From: Gekko japonicus
Taxonomy: Eukaryota
Length of the DNA: 64,000 nt
Direction: 5' to 3'
Assembly: GCF_001447785.1 (NCBI RefSeq)
Contig: NW_015176486.1
Location: 91,862-155,861 of the forward strand
Below the pieces are notes generated by a model that did no database searches, was not told the origin of the DNA, and saw only the letters and a program-made list of their open reading frames with translations. Below are positions 10,729-20,500 of this stretch, one piece after another (position 1 is the first letter of the stretch; each line of letters starts with the position of its first letter). The position numbers and the translations under genes were made by a program.

Positions 10729-11277
10729 GGACTCTTGCTCTTTTCTCGTGCCACAGGCAGACGAAAAGAGCTACCCATCTTAATCTACCTCATAAATGGG
10801 AGTAGCCTTTCAGGTGCCATGGGACTTCTGTTCCGCTTTGCTACAACGGACTAATCAGCCACCCCTCTGCAACAACAGAGAGGAACGGAGACTCCAGCAG
10901 CATTTCCACCAGGACTGGAACTTAAAGGCAAGAAGGAAGAGAATGAACTTTAACGGCAACCATGAGTTAATATATATACGTGAGAAGTCATGTGTTCCGT
11001 GGAAACACTACTTAAGCTAAATCTTGATCCTCTCAGGTTGCAATGTGCTCCCGTCCACCCTTGGTTTTCACAGTCAAATGTGTTCGGGGAGTCCTGTGCT
11101 GCACTTGGGCCTGGTTTGGGTTGCAACTATGATATGTAGGGACAGAAAGCATCAGCCCCATTCACCCCCCCCCCCAACACAATATATTTCTCTGACCTGA
11201 AATGGCTCCAGGGCCCCACTGAAGAAACTTAATATACTCATCAAAGGAGCAAATAGCAGTTCCCTGCGGCTGATGCC

Positions 11278-11478
11278 CAGGCCCGTAGCTACAGTGGGGC
11301 ATCTTGGGGCTAGGCCCCGACTTATTGGCAAGGCCCCCTCCGACTTCCCATCCAGCCCAGGGCCCCCGAGCAGCGGCAAGTGCAGGGAAGGAGCCGGGTA
11401 TTCCTTTAATTCAATTAACCAGTGCCCCCTAAGAAATTTAAATGCCCCCTGACTTAAAAAATCATGGCTACAGGTCCG
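11278..11478. mobile_element. Degenerate hAT-like MITE
   Basis: Ends caggcccgtagct / ggctacaggtccg are imperfect inverted repeats. Confidence 0.45.
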
Positions 11479-11666
11479 CTTATGCCCCCTTCTGCAAATA
11501 TGAGCCCAATCCAGACTGGGCCGTGTTCATGTGGGAATCATATTCCAAACACAAAACTCCCAGAGCACAGGAATGCAGCGAACACACCAGGGTGTGTGTG
11601 CGTAAATTGGACCACGGGTGACTTTCCCGGAATTCAGGAGTTACTAACCAGCAGTTCATACAAGTG

Positions 11667-11676
11667 TATATAAAAG
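11667..11676 (+). promoter_or_regulatory. Candidate TATA box for PKDREJ copy A
   Basis: TATATAAAAG about 240 bp upstream of the inferred start codon; motif match only. Confidence 0.25.
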
Positions 11677-11913
11677 ACTTAATTTTTTCCCCACAGCACT
11701 CACAGAATAATGGTTTTACGTATGAATGGACAGTCTTTTCCAGCAACAATGATTGGGCCAGGGACCCTTCAGTATAGGGGGTGGGCCACTGTAACCAGTG
11801 CTGCTTCTTGTTGCCTGGGGCAACAGCTGAACAGTTCTAGAATTAACACGGTTACGGAGCCTAGGGGATGGTGGGCAGTTCCGCTTCCGCCAAGATTCCT
11901 TCTCCCACCAAAG

Positions 11914-14900
11914 ATGCATTGCCCCACATGGCTGACCCTCTTCTTGTGGTATTGCTCTCAGAACACAGCGGTTGTATCCCATTCTTTCCTGCCACCCCCA
12001 CTGTCAGTCACCTGTTCGGACCCTCAACACCGAGTCTATCAGAAGCGGGACAATGAACACCATGTCTCATGCTTGTGGGACAGGGACATCCACCTGGAGT
12101 ATTNNNNNNNNNNNNNNNNNNNNNGTGAACAGCAGCCCCCTCCTCACTGCCGCTGGTACCGAGACTCCATCTTGGTTCACCATACAAATAACTGGTCAGG
12201 ACGACTGGTGGTGGGCGCAGGCTTGGTCAGCAGAGCTTCCTATCCACCTTGGGTCTTCACACGTATCACCGTGCAGTGTGTGTCATCTGTGTGCTATGGG
12301 CCCACGTGCCTCCACCACAACCTGAGCATTGAAGTGACTGGGCAGGATGTCCGTCTCTTCCTGCTTCGGCCACGCCAGCTTCCCGTCCGTGAATGGCAGC
12401 CAGTGGAGTTGGGTTGGTGTGCACGCCTTAAGAGATCTACCTGGATCTACCGCTTCAGGAGTCAGGGGGGAAGTCCTGAAGGCCAGCTTATTCCCAGCAA
12501 CCAGCACAGCGAACCAACTGCAGCCACTGTTTACCCCCATGCAGAATTGCACCAAGTGTGTGAATCCTATTATAGCTACCACACGACAGTGAGGTACCCA
12601 GTGCGTGGATTCTACACTGTGTCACTCCACATTGAAAACGGGCCTCAGTCGAGTCGTAGCCTAGAGTTGCAAGTGCAGCCTGCCCTGCTTCATGTCTTCA
12701 CTGCCTCTTCCAAACTGCTGGGCTTCCCCCAGAGGACACTCAGCCTTTCCTGGACCCTCCAACCTCTCAGCTCCAGAATAACAGCTTTCATGTTGGCGGA
12801 GGAGCAGGGTCGGGGGGACTGGGACCACTCATGCAGTTATAACCCATTTGCTCTAGAACGTAATTTCTGTGCTGCACCCAAACCACAACATTCCGGGGAG
12901 AAAGTCATATCCAGCATCTACTTCCATACCAACAAAAGGATATCTGGAGAACTGAGAGGCAAACTCAATTTTGGGAGAGACACCCTACTTTTCACAGCAA
13001 GCAGAACGTCTCCAGCTCATCTCACCCTCAACCCGTGGAAGATAAGGACCGGCATTTACATTTTTAGCCATAAACAGGGCCTCTTCTATTCCACTCAAAA
13101 AAGCAGTGCTGTCAATGCCGCTGGTGACAACGCCAGCTCCCACTACATCTTTTACCAGCAGGAGAGCATCTCTTACCTCATCATCCTTAAATTTCTCCAG
13201 CGGCGATGGTATCGGTTCAACATGCACGTGTATTTGAACCGCAGAGGGATTCTATTCGGGTCTCTAGGAGAAAAAGGTATAGAAGTTCATGTTTTCAGTG
13301 ATCATTCGCCTGATAAAAACTTGGTCTATATTGTGTGGTTTATTCCTGTACAGCATCCTCTGTTGCAGTGTGAGTGGGCCTTCAACTTGCAACTTTTTGA
13401 TTCAAAGAACAACCATCTGGTTTGGAACAATACTTATTCTTACAAGGATCGTGTCAGAAACGCTGCCCGTTTTCTTCCCCAGTCTCTTTTACCTTTCAGA
13501 ACTGCACTCTACACAGGCTTTGTGGCAGAAGTGAACTGCAGAAGGACTGGACTTGCTCGAGCTGTTTTGAAAGCCACAGTCCACACTTACGCATCAAAGG
13601 TCTTAAAACCAGAGGTGCCTTGTCAAAAGAGTTTCTGTCATGAAGTGACTGCCGTAATCCAGAAACCCGATCCTTCTAACCCAGTCACAAGCTACTCAAG
13701 ACAGTCAGCAATTACCTTGAGAGCAACTGCAAAGGCACTGTGTAGGACACGTTCACATGTAGATATAATCTGGGAAATCTCCGGTGTTCATAATTCAGTC
13801 CCATCAGGAGCAACTAGCAGGATAAGGACAGGCGGAGTCACATTTCACATGCCCGGAAAGCTATTAAAGCCCGGCTTATATCGTCTCAGAATGACCATGA
13901 CAGTATACCTACCAGAATATAATATAACCATCAGAGAGTCTGATTCAGTTACCATAGATATTGTAGAAAGCGATCTGCTAGCAGTCATAGCCGGAGGCTC
14001 TTTCAGGACAGTAGGTGTTTCTGATCGTTGGACTTTGGATGCATCCGCTTCTTCTGACCCGGATTCAGACAACCCCCAGGAAGGACTCTTGCTTAACTGG
14101 TTGTGCTCCAAACGAGAATCAGATTTTTTAGAGCGGAAGCTGAGCCCACGTGGAAGATGCCGTCCAGATCAAGAGACTTTGAAATGGACGGATTCCCACA
14201 ATCCAGTCCAAACAGTACAACAAGAAACATTTCAACCAAATAATACGTATTATTTTGTTCTGAGAATTACTAAAGACAGAAAAACAGCAGATGCTTATCA
14301 GACAGTTCAGGTACTGCCTGGCTCTCTTCCTGTGCTGAATTTCACCTGTATTCAAAACTGTGGAAGAAACATTATACCAGCTAAAAGACTAATTCTTTAT
14401 GGGAAATGTTTAAACTGTAAAGGTAAACCGGTCATCTACCACTGGTCTCTTCTTTCATCAAGCTCCAAGAAAATACCCTTTGACTGGGATGCCAAAACTT
14501 CCACTGGGAGGTCAAATCCCTACCTAAGCATCAATCCTTTGGCTTTCAACACTTTGCCACACAAATCTTACACTCTTAGCCTCACAGCAAGCACGCAAGG
14601 AAGCCAAGAAGCTACTTACAAATATTCATTTTCTATTAATGCTCCACCACGGATTGGGAAGTGTAGCATTTATCCAAGGGTAGGCACAGCATTCCTTACG
14701 ACATTTGTTGTCCAGTGTAGTGGATTTGAAGATGAACATGGACCTCTTACATATAAAATCACGGCGCATTCTGACGAAACGAAAATAGGTAAAACGTCAT
14801 TTCTAGAGAATACTTCACTTGGAACAGTAGTATATGTAGGTCATCAGCATAAAATTCTTCCATCTTTTCTTCCCCTTGGTGCACCATCTAAAAATTATGC

Positions 14901-17900
14901 CTTGATAGTGTGTGTTCAAGTGTATGATGCCCTTGGAGCATATTCTCAAGAAAGTTTGCAAGCCACGGTGCATGATCCGAGAAAGAATAAGCCAACTGAT
15001 GGTGTTCTCAATGAACTACACAATTTAATCAGTGGCCCCACGGCAATCTTCTTCGAAGCAAAGGATTACTTTAATATAGGTTATTATACATATATGGCGG
15101 CCTCAGTATTAAACAATATTGAGGCATCACCAGCCATTCATGGCTCTAAAACTGATTTGCGGGAAGCTTTCCTTAATGTGTCTGCAAGGATTCCAATGAC
15201 TGAGGTTGAGGTAATAAGGCAAGTGATTGCCAGTATCTGTCAAATAACACAGGATGTCACAGAAGTAAATGGGAAATCACAGCTTCTCGCAGTGAGAAAA
15301 CTAAAAGAAGCCAGCGAAGCTCTACAAAGGCACAAAACCCAAGACCTGGGTTCTAAGGAAACAGAAATCCTTGTCCATGGTATATTTACTGGGCTGTCAA
15401 ATGTGTTGGCAGCTGCTCTATTAAAAAGTAGGCACGTCAATGTAAATTCAGTTAAGGAAACCATTGCTGTGACAGAGATACTAGCAAACTTAGTATTACA
15501 GGACAAAGTACCTGGAGAGTACGAAACTAATCTAGAAACTAAATACTGGGCCATTCATCTACGGAAAGATGAGAAGCAGGATGTTTCTCACACTTTTAAA
15601 GAAAGAAACTGTAAGAACTGCTTCTATCCCAAACTGAAGAAGGAAAATGACACTGACTTACCGGCAGATGCTGTGGTTTCCACAGTTTTGTATGAATTTG
15701 TTGAGAATCCCTTCCCTTGGCTTTTGGACACAGTAGTTAGTCACACAATAGTGACTGGGTTTAGGATGACCGCCGCGAAAGAAAATGGTGACATCGTAGG
15801 GATCACACCTGAGATTGCAGAAGTGATGATAGACATACAACACAAGGATTCCACCACCTTTGGCCTAACTGTAGGGCCAGCTAAAAATCACCATAAGACA
15901 ACAGGAGGCTTTAGTTTTGAAGTGAAGAGAATCTCCAAAGACGTATTTATCCAGATTGTGAGTAACCTAACGGTTACTTTCAATGTCTCTCTCTACCTTG
16001 GGCTCAATGTCAGCCATCCTCCAATAATTTCTTATATTGCTTCCTCTGACAAACCTCCAGTACTCAGTGGAAAGCATTCTAATATTAGTAACTGTGCAAT
16101 TAAGGCTCCATATATCCTTTGTCTTCCTCAGTCGTTGCTTCGGACTTTAGTGGAAGGCAGCTCAGCAGACAAATGGAACATCTCGGTTGTCTTACAATCC
16201 CATCCTATTGTGAGAGCCCAAACCACAAAGATTGTTCGCATTGCTGTTTTTGCAGCGGAGTGTCTAGATTTAGATGGGGTTCAGAACCAGTGGAGAGAAG
16301 GAACATGCAATCTTGGGTCTCAGACCAGCTGGTCCAAGATACATTGTATTTGCAAATTAAAAGACAGTGTCATAAGAACAAAAAGGTCCAGGTCGACAGG
16401 GACCTCCAGATTGGGTACCAGATTTCTGAGTGGTACATTTCAGCTTTATCCCAATCCTTTGGATATAAACAAGGTCCTTTTAGCAGAATTTGACACAACT
16501 CCAGTGACACTATTTACAGTGTTTTTCATTTTTGCAATCTACATCTTTCTGATTATCTGGGCCACAATCAAAGATAAAGTCGATATGAAAAGAAAAGACA
16601 AAATCCTTGTTTTGCCAGATAATGACCCTTTTCACAGAGTTTGCTACCTGGTCACTGTATACACAGGAAGTCGGCTGGGATCTGGAACCACAGCGGATGT
16701 CTTTATCGAACTGACAGGCCAAAACGCTGTCAGTGATGTCCATCGCTTAGAACACCCAACTTTCCCAATCCTCTTTCGTGCAGCTGTTGACACCTTTCTC
16801 TTAACCACCAAGACAGATTTAGGAGACATTTCCTCTCTTCATGTCTGGCACAATAATGGTGGTGCTTCCCCTAACTGGTACTTAAGCCGAGTTAAAGTAC
16901 AAAATGTACAAACGAAAGAGTCCTGGCTGTTTTTATGTCGAAGCTGGTTTGGTCTCGGTAAGGACTGCAAAATAGAAAGATCGTTTCCTGTTACTGACAA
17001 AGCCATACCTTTAAAAAAGATGGATTACTTCTTGATAAAACTTGCCAAAGACTTGGAAGACAGCCATGTGTGGCTCTCTCTCTTTTCTCACGTTGTCACT
17101 GGTCCTTTCAACAGAGTTGAGAGAATATCTTGTTGCTTGGCAATCATGCTCTCCAGCCTATTATTTAACATCATGTTCTTCAGTGGTGAACAGGACCAAC
17201 AGGTTATTTCGATACAGCTACGTTATATGAAATCTATGTATATTGGGTTTGTGAGTGCTTTCTTTTCTATTCCTGTGCACCTGACAATCATAACTTTATT
17301 TAGATATTCACAAGAAAAGCCTTTGGATCTCCAGACAGATGAGTATGAGCAAAAGAGATGTTTCCTTTTTATGTCTGCAAGCTCTCTCGTAAACTGGAAT
17401 GTCCGATGTCCGTCACCACCAAACACTAATTATAGCAACAATTCTTCAGTGGAGAAGGACACAGACACGAAGACACTAAGGAAGTTCATGCACCGAGTGT
17501 TGCGCTTTATTAAGAGACCACAGTTTCCATGGTGGTGCAGATATGTCTCTTGGACATTGGTCTTTTTAATATCTACAATGGCATCTTTTTTAATCATATT
17601 ATATGGTTTGACCTATGGTTACACAACATCATTGGAGTGGTTTATAGCATCCATGACATCGTTTTTTGAGAGTGTCTTTTTGCTTCAAACTTTGAAGATG
17701 GTTCTTATCTCAGCTATTAGCACTGTATTTACAAAACACTGTAAAAATATCTCCTGGATAAACACAGAAAAATATGAGAAGATGAAGCTGGAGAAAGCAA
17801 TTGTAGATGGTAAAGACATGAGGACGCTGCACCATGAACTTGTACAACTTAGAGGGTCCTGGGAATACGAACCTTTAGAAGAGGATAAAATCATCATTAT

Positions 17901-19539
17901 GAGGGAGAGAACAAAGGCCCAAAACCTAGCCTTTGTTTTTATAAGGGATATTATTGCTCATGTAATCTTCTCATCCTGTGTTTTAAGCATCGCTTACTCA
18001 ACAGATACCACTACTAGCTTTTATTACAATCAAGTTATTTATAATAAATTCTCTGCCAATCTATCCCTAGTAAATAAACTGGAGGATGTGTACAGATGGA
18101 CACGCAATGTCTTTGTGCCACTGATACACAATGATTATCAACCAACCTATCTTTCAGACACTTCAGCTAAAATCTTTGGTTTGCCCAGAATGAGGCAAAT
18201 AAGAGCCACAAATACTGAAAAAAAATGTTTCCATTTACACAGCTTTGTAAATAGTTTTCTGCGTAATGAAAGCCATTGCCATCATAAATATGGAACTGAT
18301 CCAGAAGATGAAGCTGATTATATTGGATCATGGACAAACCCCATGCCTAAATCCACTTCCAAACATTCCAGCAGTATTCAAGGGTTTACCTATGAGCCAG
18401 ACGTTGATAAGTGGAAATATAAATCTTATGGTGTTTTGAACACATATGGGCCAGGGGGGTACAGCTTTTATTTTTTCCCTGGAGAGCAGCGACCCAATAC
18501 AACACTGAGGCTGGATGATATTCAAAGAAACTACTGGCTAGATGAGAAGACCTGGGTAGTGATCTTTGAGCTGACCATTTTCAATCCGGACATAGATCAG
18601 TACTGCAGCATCACAGTCATGTTTGAGACTTCTGGTATTGGAGTTGTGGATGCCAGCTTGTCAGTTCGTACTTATAAACTGTCTACTTTGCATCTTCAAA
18701 CCAAGTCCCAGATAGCAGCATATGGAGTTATGACATTCATTCTGGTCTTTTACCTTGCTGATGAATTTCATATGTTACATCAGGAAAGGATGGGCTACCT
18801 GAAAAGAACAACTAACTTAATCAATCTTGCCATGAAGATCAGCTGTATACTTTTCATAGTGTTAATTGCACTCAAATTCAAACTGGCTTATAACTTAATA
18901 GACTTTTACCTTCTTAATCCAGAAAAATTCGTTCCTTTTCATGTGGTTTCTCAAATTGATCAGCTCTATGGGATGGTTGCCGGATTTTTGACCTTTCTTC
19001 TGCTTTTAAAACCTTATCGCTATTTCAGATTCATGTATGATGTGCGTCTAGCAGCAGCCACCATAGCAGCCGCTCTCCCAGTGTTCGTTTCCTTGACCAT
19101 GCTTACTGGTCTGGTCTTTTTGGTACACATATCATTTGGATACCTATTATTGTGCGAATACGAATGGAGTTATAATTCTGTGATTCATGCTACCCAGACC
19201 GTTGTTTCATATTGTATTCATGTGGCATCACTTCAAGACATTCAGTTTCCATCCAATACATTCCTGGGGATCTCATTCCGAGTCTTATTCATGTTTACAG
19301 TTACTTGTGTTCTCATCAGTTTATGGCGTGCTGTAATTATCTTTACCTACACATCCATGAAAAAGCCTACCTATGAACAGCATTCTGATGAAGCAGCAGC
19401 AGTAGATTTTGTAGTCTATAAAATCCAAAGTCTATGGTTTTTCATCACTCATCAGACACCATCCACAAGGAACAGTGACCTTCTGAACAGTATAATATTT
19501 GGAAAACCAAGAGCACAAAAGTGGAAGGCAGGAAAATGA
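11914..19539 (+). CDS. PKDREJ: PKDREJ-like polycystin-1 family protein, divergent paralogue (copy A), intronless, ~2541 aa
   Basis: Single ORF with signal-peptide-like start (MHCPTWLTLFLWY), REJ module (LDASASSDPDS, CSGFED), GPS-like C-W-C-CxC, TM1, PLAT (YLVTVYTGSRLGSGTTADV, WHNNGGASPNWYL), TOP (GLPRMRQ, YGPGGY, WLDEKT) and channel TMs. Start chosen by homology to copy B (ccaaagATGcat vs cctaaaATGcac). A 20-N gap lies at 12104-12123. Confidence 0.93.
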   Translation: MHCPTWLTLFLWYCSQNTAVVSHSFLPPPLSVTCSDPQHRVYQKRDNEHHVSCLWDRDIHLEYXXXXXXXXEQQPPPHCRWYRDSILVHHTNNWSGRLVVGAGLVSRASYPPWVFTRITVQCVSSVCYGPTCLHHNLSIEVTGQDVRLFLLRPRQLPVREWQPVELGWCARLKRSTWIYRFRSQGGSPEGQLIPSNQHSEPTAATVYPHAELHQVCESYYSYHTTVRYPVRGFYTVSLHIENGPQSSRSLELQVQPALLHVFTASSKLLGFPQRTLSLSWTLQPLSSRITAFMLAEEQGRGDWDHSCSYNPFALERNFCAAPKPQHSGEKVISSIYFHTNKRISGELRGKLNFGRDTLLFTASRTSPAHLTLNPWKIRTGIYIFSHKQGLFYSTQKSSAVNAAGDNASSHYIFYQQESISYLIILKFLQRRWYRFNMHVYLNRRGILFGSLGEKGIEVHVFSDHSPDKNLVYIVWFIPVQHPLLQCEWAFNLQLFDSKNNHLVWNNTYSYKDRVRNAARFLPQSLLPFRTALYTGFVAEVNCRRTGLARAVLKATVHTYASKVLKPEVPCQKSFCHEVTAVIQKPDPSNPVTSYSRQSAITLRATAKALCRTRSHVDIIWEISGVHNSVPSGATSRIRTGGVTFHMPGKLLKPGLYRLRMTMTVYLPEYNITIRESDSVTIDIVESDLLAVIAGGSFRTVGVSDRWTLDASASSDPDSDNPQEGLLLNWLCSKRESDFLERKLSPRGRCRPDQETLKWTDSHNPVQTVQQETFQPNNTYYFVLRITKDRKTADAYQTVQVLPGSLPVLNFTCIQNCGRNIIPAKRLILYGKCLNCKGKPVIYHWSLLSSSSKKIPFDWDAKTSTGRSNPYLSINPLAFNTLPHKSYTLSLTASTQGSQEATYKYSFSINAPPRIGKCSIYPRVGTAFLTTFVVQCSGFEDEHGPLTYKITAHSDETKIGKTSFLENTSLGTVVYVGHQHKILPSFLPLGAPSKNYALIVCVQVYDALGAYSQESLQATVHDPRKNKPTDGVLNELHNLISGPTAIFFEAKDYFNIGYYTYMAASVLNNIEASPAIHGSKTDLREAFLNVSARIPMTEVEVIRQVIASICQITQDVTEVNGKSQLLAVRKLKEASEALQRHKTQDLGSKETEILVHGIFTGLSNVLAAALLKSRHVNVNSVKETIAVTEILANLVLQDKVPGEYETNLETKYWAIHLRKDEKQDVSHTFKERNCKNCFYPKLKKENDTDLPADAVVSTVLYEFVENPFPWLLDTVVSHTIVTGFRMTAAKENGDIVGITPEIAEVMIDIQHKDSTTFGLTVGPAKNHHKTTGGFSFEVKRISKDVFIQIVSNLTVTFNVSLYLGLNVSHPPIISYIASSDKPPVLSGKHSNISNCAIKAPYILCLPQSLLRTLVEGSSADKWNISVVLQSHPIVRAQTTKIVRIAVFAAECLDLDGVQNQWREGTCNLGSQTSWSKIHCICKLKDSVIRTKRSRSTGTSRLGTRFLSGTFQLYPNPLDINKVLLAEFDTTPVTLFTVFFIFAIYIFLIIWATIKDKVDMKRKDKILVLPDNDPFHRVCYLVTVYTGSRLGSGTTADVFIELTGQNAVSDVHRLEHPTFPILFRAAVDTFLLTTKTDLGDISSLHVWHNNGGASPNWYLSRVKVQNVQTKESWLFLCRSWFGLGKDCKIERSFPVTDKAIPLKKMDYFLIKLAKDLEDSHVWLSLFSHVVTGPFNRVERISCCLAIMLSSLLFNIMFFSGEQDQQVISIQLRYMKSMYIGFVSAFFSIPVHLTIITLFRYSQEKPLDLQTDEYEQKRCFLFMSASSLVNWNVRCPSPPNTNYSNNSSVEKDTDTKTLRKFMHRVLRFIKRPQFPWWCRYVSWTLVFLISTMASFLIILYGLTYGYTTSLEWFIASMTSFFESVFLLQTLKMVLISAISTVFTKHCKNISWINTEKYEKMKLEKAIVDGKDMRTLHHELVQLRGSWEYEPLEEDKIIIMRERTKAQNLAFVFIRDIIAHVIFSSCVLSIAYSTDTTTSFYYNQVIYNKFSANLSLVNKLEDVYRWTRNVFVPLIHNDYQPTYLSDTSAKIFGLPRMRQIRATNTEKKCFHLHSFVNSFLRNESHCHHKYGTDPEDEADYIGSWTNPMPKSTSKHSSSIQGFTYEPDVDKWKYKSYGVLNTYGPGGYSFYFFPGEQRPNTTLRLDDIQRNYWLDEKTWVVIFELTIFNPDIDQYCSITVMFETSGIGVVDASLSVRTYKLSTLHLQTKSQIAAYGVMTFILVFYLADEFHMLHQERMGYLKRTTNLINLAMKISCILFIVLIALKFKLAYNLIDFYLLNPEKFVPFHVVSQIDQLYGMVAGFLTFLLLLKPYRYFRFMYDVRLAAATIAAALPVFVSLTMLTGLVFLVHISFGYLLLCEYEWSYNSVIHATQTVVSYCIHVASLQDIQFPSNTFLGISFRVLFMFTVTCVLISLWRAVIIFTYTSMKKPTYEQHSDEAAAVDFVVYKIQSLWFFITHQTPSTRNSDLLNSIIFGKPRAQKWKAGK

Positions 19540-19578
19540 TTTCTCTTTCCACTTAAGAAGAACACTGCTAAAAAAATG

Positions 19579-19584
19579 AATAAA
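19579..19584 (+). terminator. Candidate polyadenylation signal of copy A
   Basis: AATAAA 40 nt after the stop codon, followed by T/GT-rich sequence. Confidence 0.45.
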
Positions 19585-20207
19585 TTCTGTATTTCCATGG
19601 AATTTGTCTGAATATGCTGTCATGTTCAGTTGCCGTCTGTTCCACTTCACAACTATTTCTACTTCTGCTATTCATATGACTCCTGATTCTTTATGCGCTC
19701 TTAAACTATAGTGAACAATTTTTTCTGTGTGTCCTGTTGAGTGTTAAGGCCAAACTAGATTTGATGGCGCCCTCATGGCTGCAACAGGGACACCACCCCC
19801 ACTTTAAAGTGTTTAAAACTGGGGGGGGGGGGAGAGAAGTTCTGTTTACGTGTAGAAAACGGCCAGCCCTTGGCAGAGGTGACTGTGGGACAGAAAGGTA
19901 ATTTGTCATTTCTGATCCAAATGGACCCTTAGACATAAAGTTTGACCAATGACTTGTTCAGTGGCCAACTGTGGCTCTCTGTTTTTACTCATGAAATTGA
20001 CGGTTCTTTCAACAGACTAAAGAAGATGTCCTGTTGCTCAGCAATATTACTGAGTTCTGTGTTGTTTAACAGCATATTCTTCAGTACTGAGAAGAATAAA
20101 GGTAGCATTTCAGTATATCTGAGTTGTGTGACATCCATAAAAATCAGAATTCAAAGTGCCTTGCTTTCCATCCCTGTGGACCTGATTATAACAGCCTTAT
20201 TGAAGTA

Positions 20208-20500
20208 CTAGCAGTAAAGCCCATTGTAGAAGCAATAAAACGAGCTCTAGAAAGATGTGATGCGTAATGAATGCATAGAAAGGTACAGAAGTGGAAGTAA
20301 AGTCTCACACACACAGCCAGGCCACCTGGGGCTCTCCCATCCCCCCCCCCGGTCAAGCCTCCTGCGGCCCAGCCAGGCCGGCCTTGGCTCTCCCCCCCCG
20401 TTCAAGGCCCCTGCGGCCCAGCCAGGCCGGCCTTGGCTCCCCCCCCCCTTCAAGCCCCCTGTGGCCCAACCAGGCCAACCTTGGCTCTTCCACACACACC
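20208..20500 (-). mobile_element. Helitron-like 3' end with internal ~48-bp GC-rich minisatellite
   Basis: Minus strand: gctcgtt...aatgggc hairpin then CTAG|t at 20211-20208; unit cagccaggccggccttggctc(c)n-ttcaag-ccctgcggcc repeated about 3.5 times at 20313-20490. Confidence 0.55.

Noticed and set aside
11710-11913. 68-codon N-terminal extension of copy A in the ORF track
   Set aside because: No counterpart in copy B and it would bury the signal peptide; the homologous start context points to ATG 11914
12104-12123. Possible frameshift or intron in copy A
   Set aside because: It is an assembly gap; both flanks align to copy B. True length is unknown and B is about 8 aa longer here
20313-20490. 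CRISPR-like or coding repeat array
   Set aside because: Contiguous tandem units without unique spacers in a vertebrate context; minisatellite
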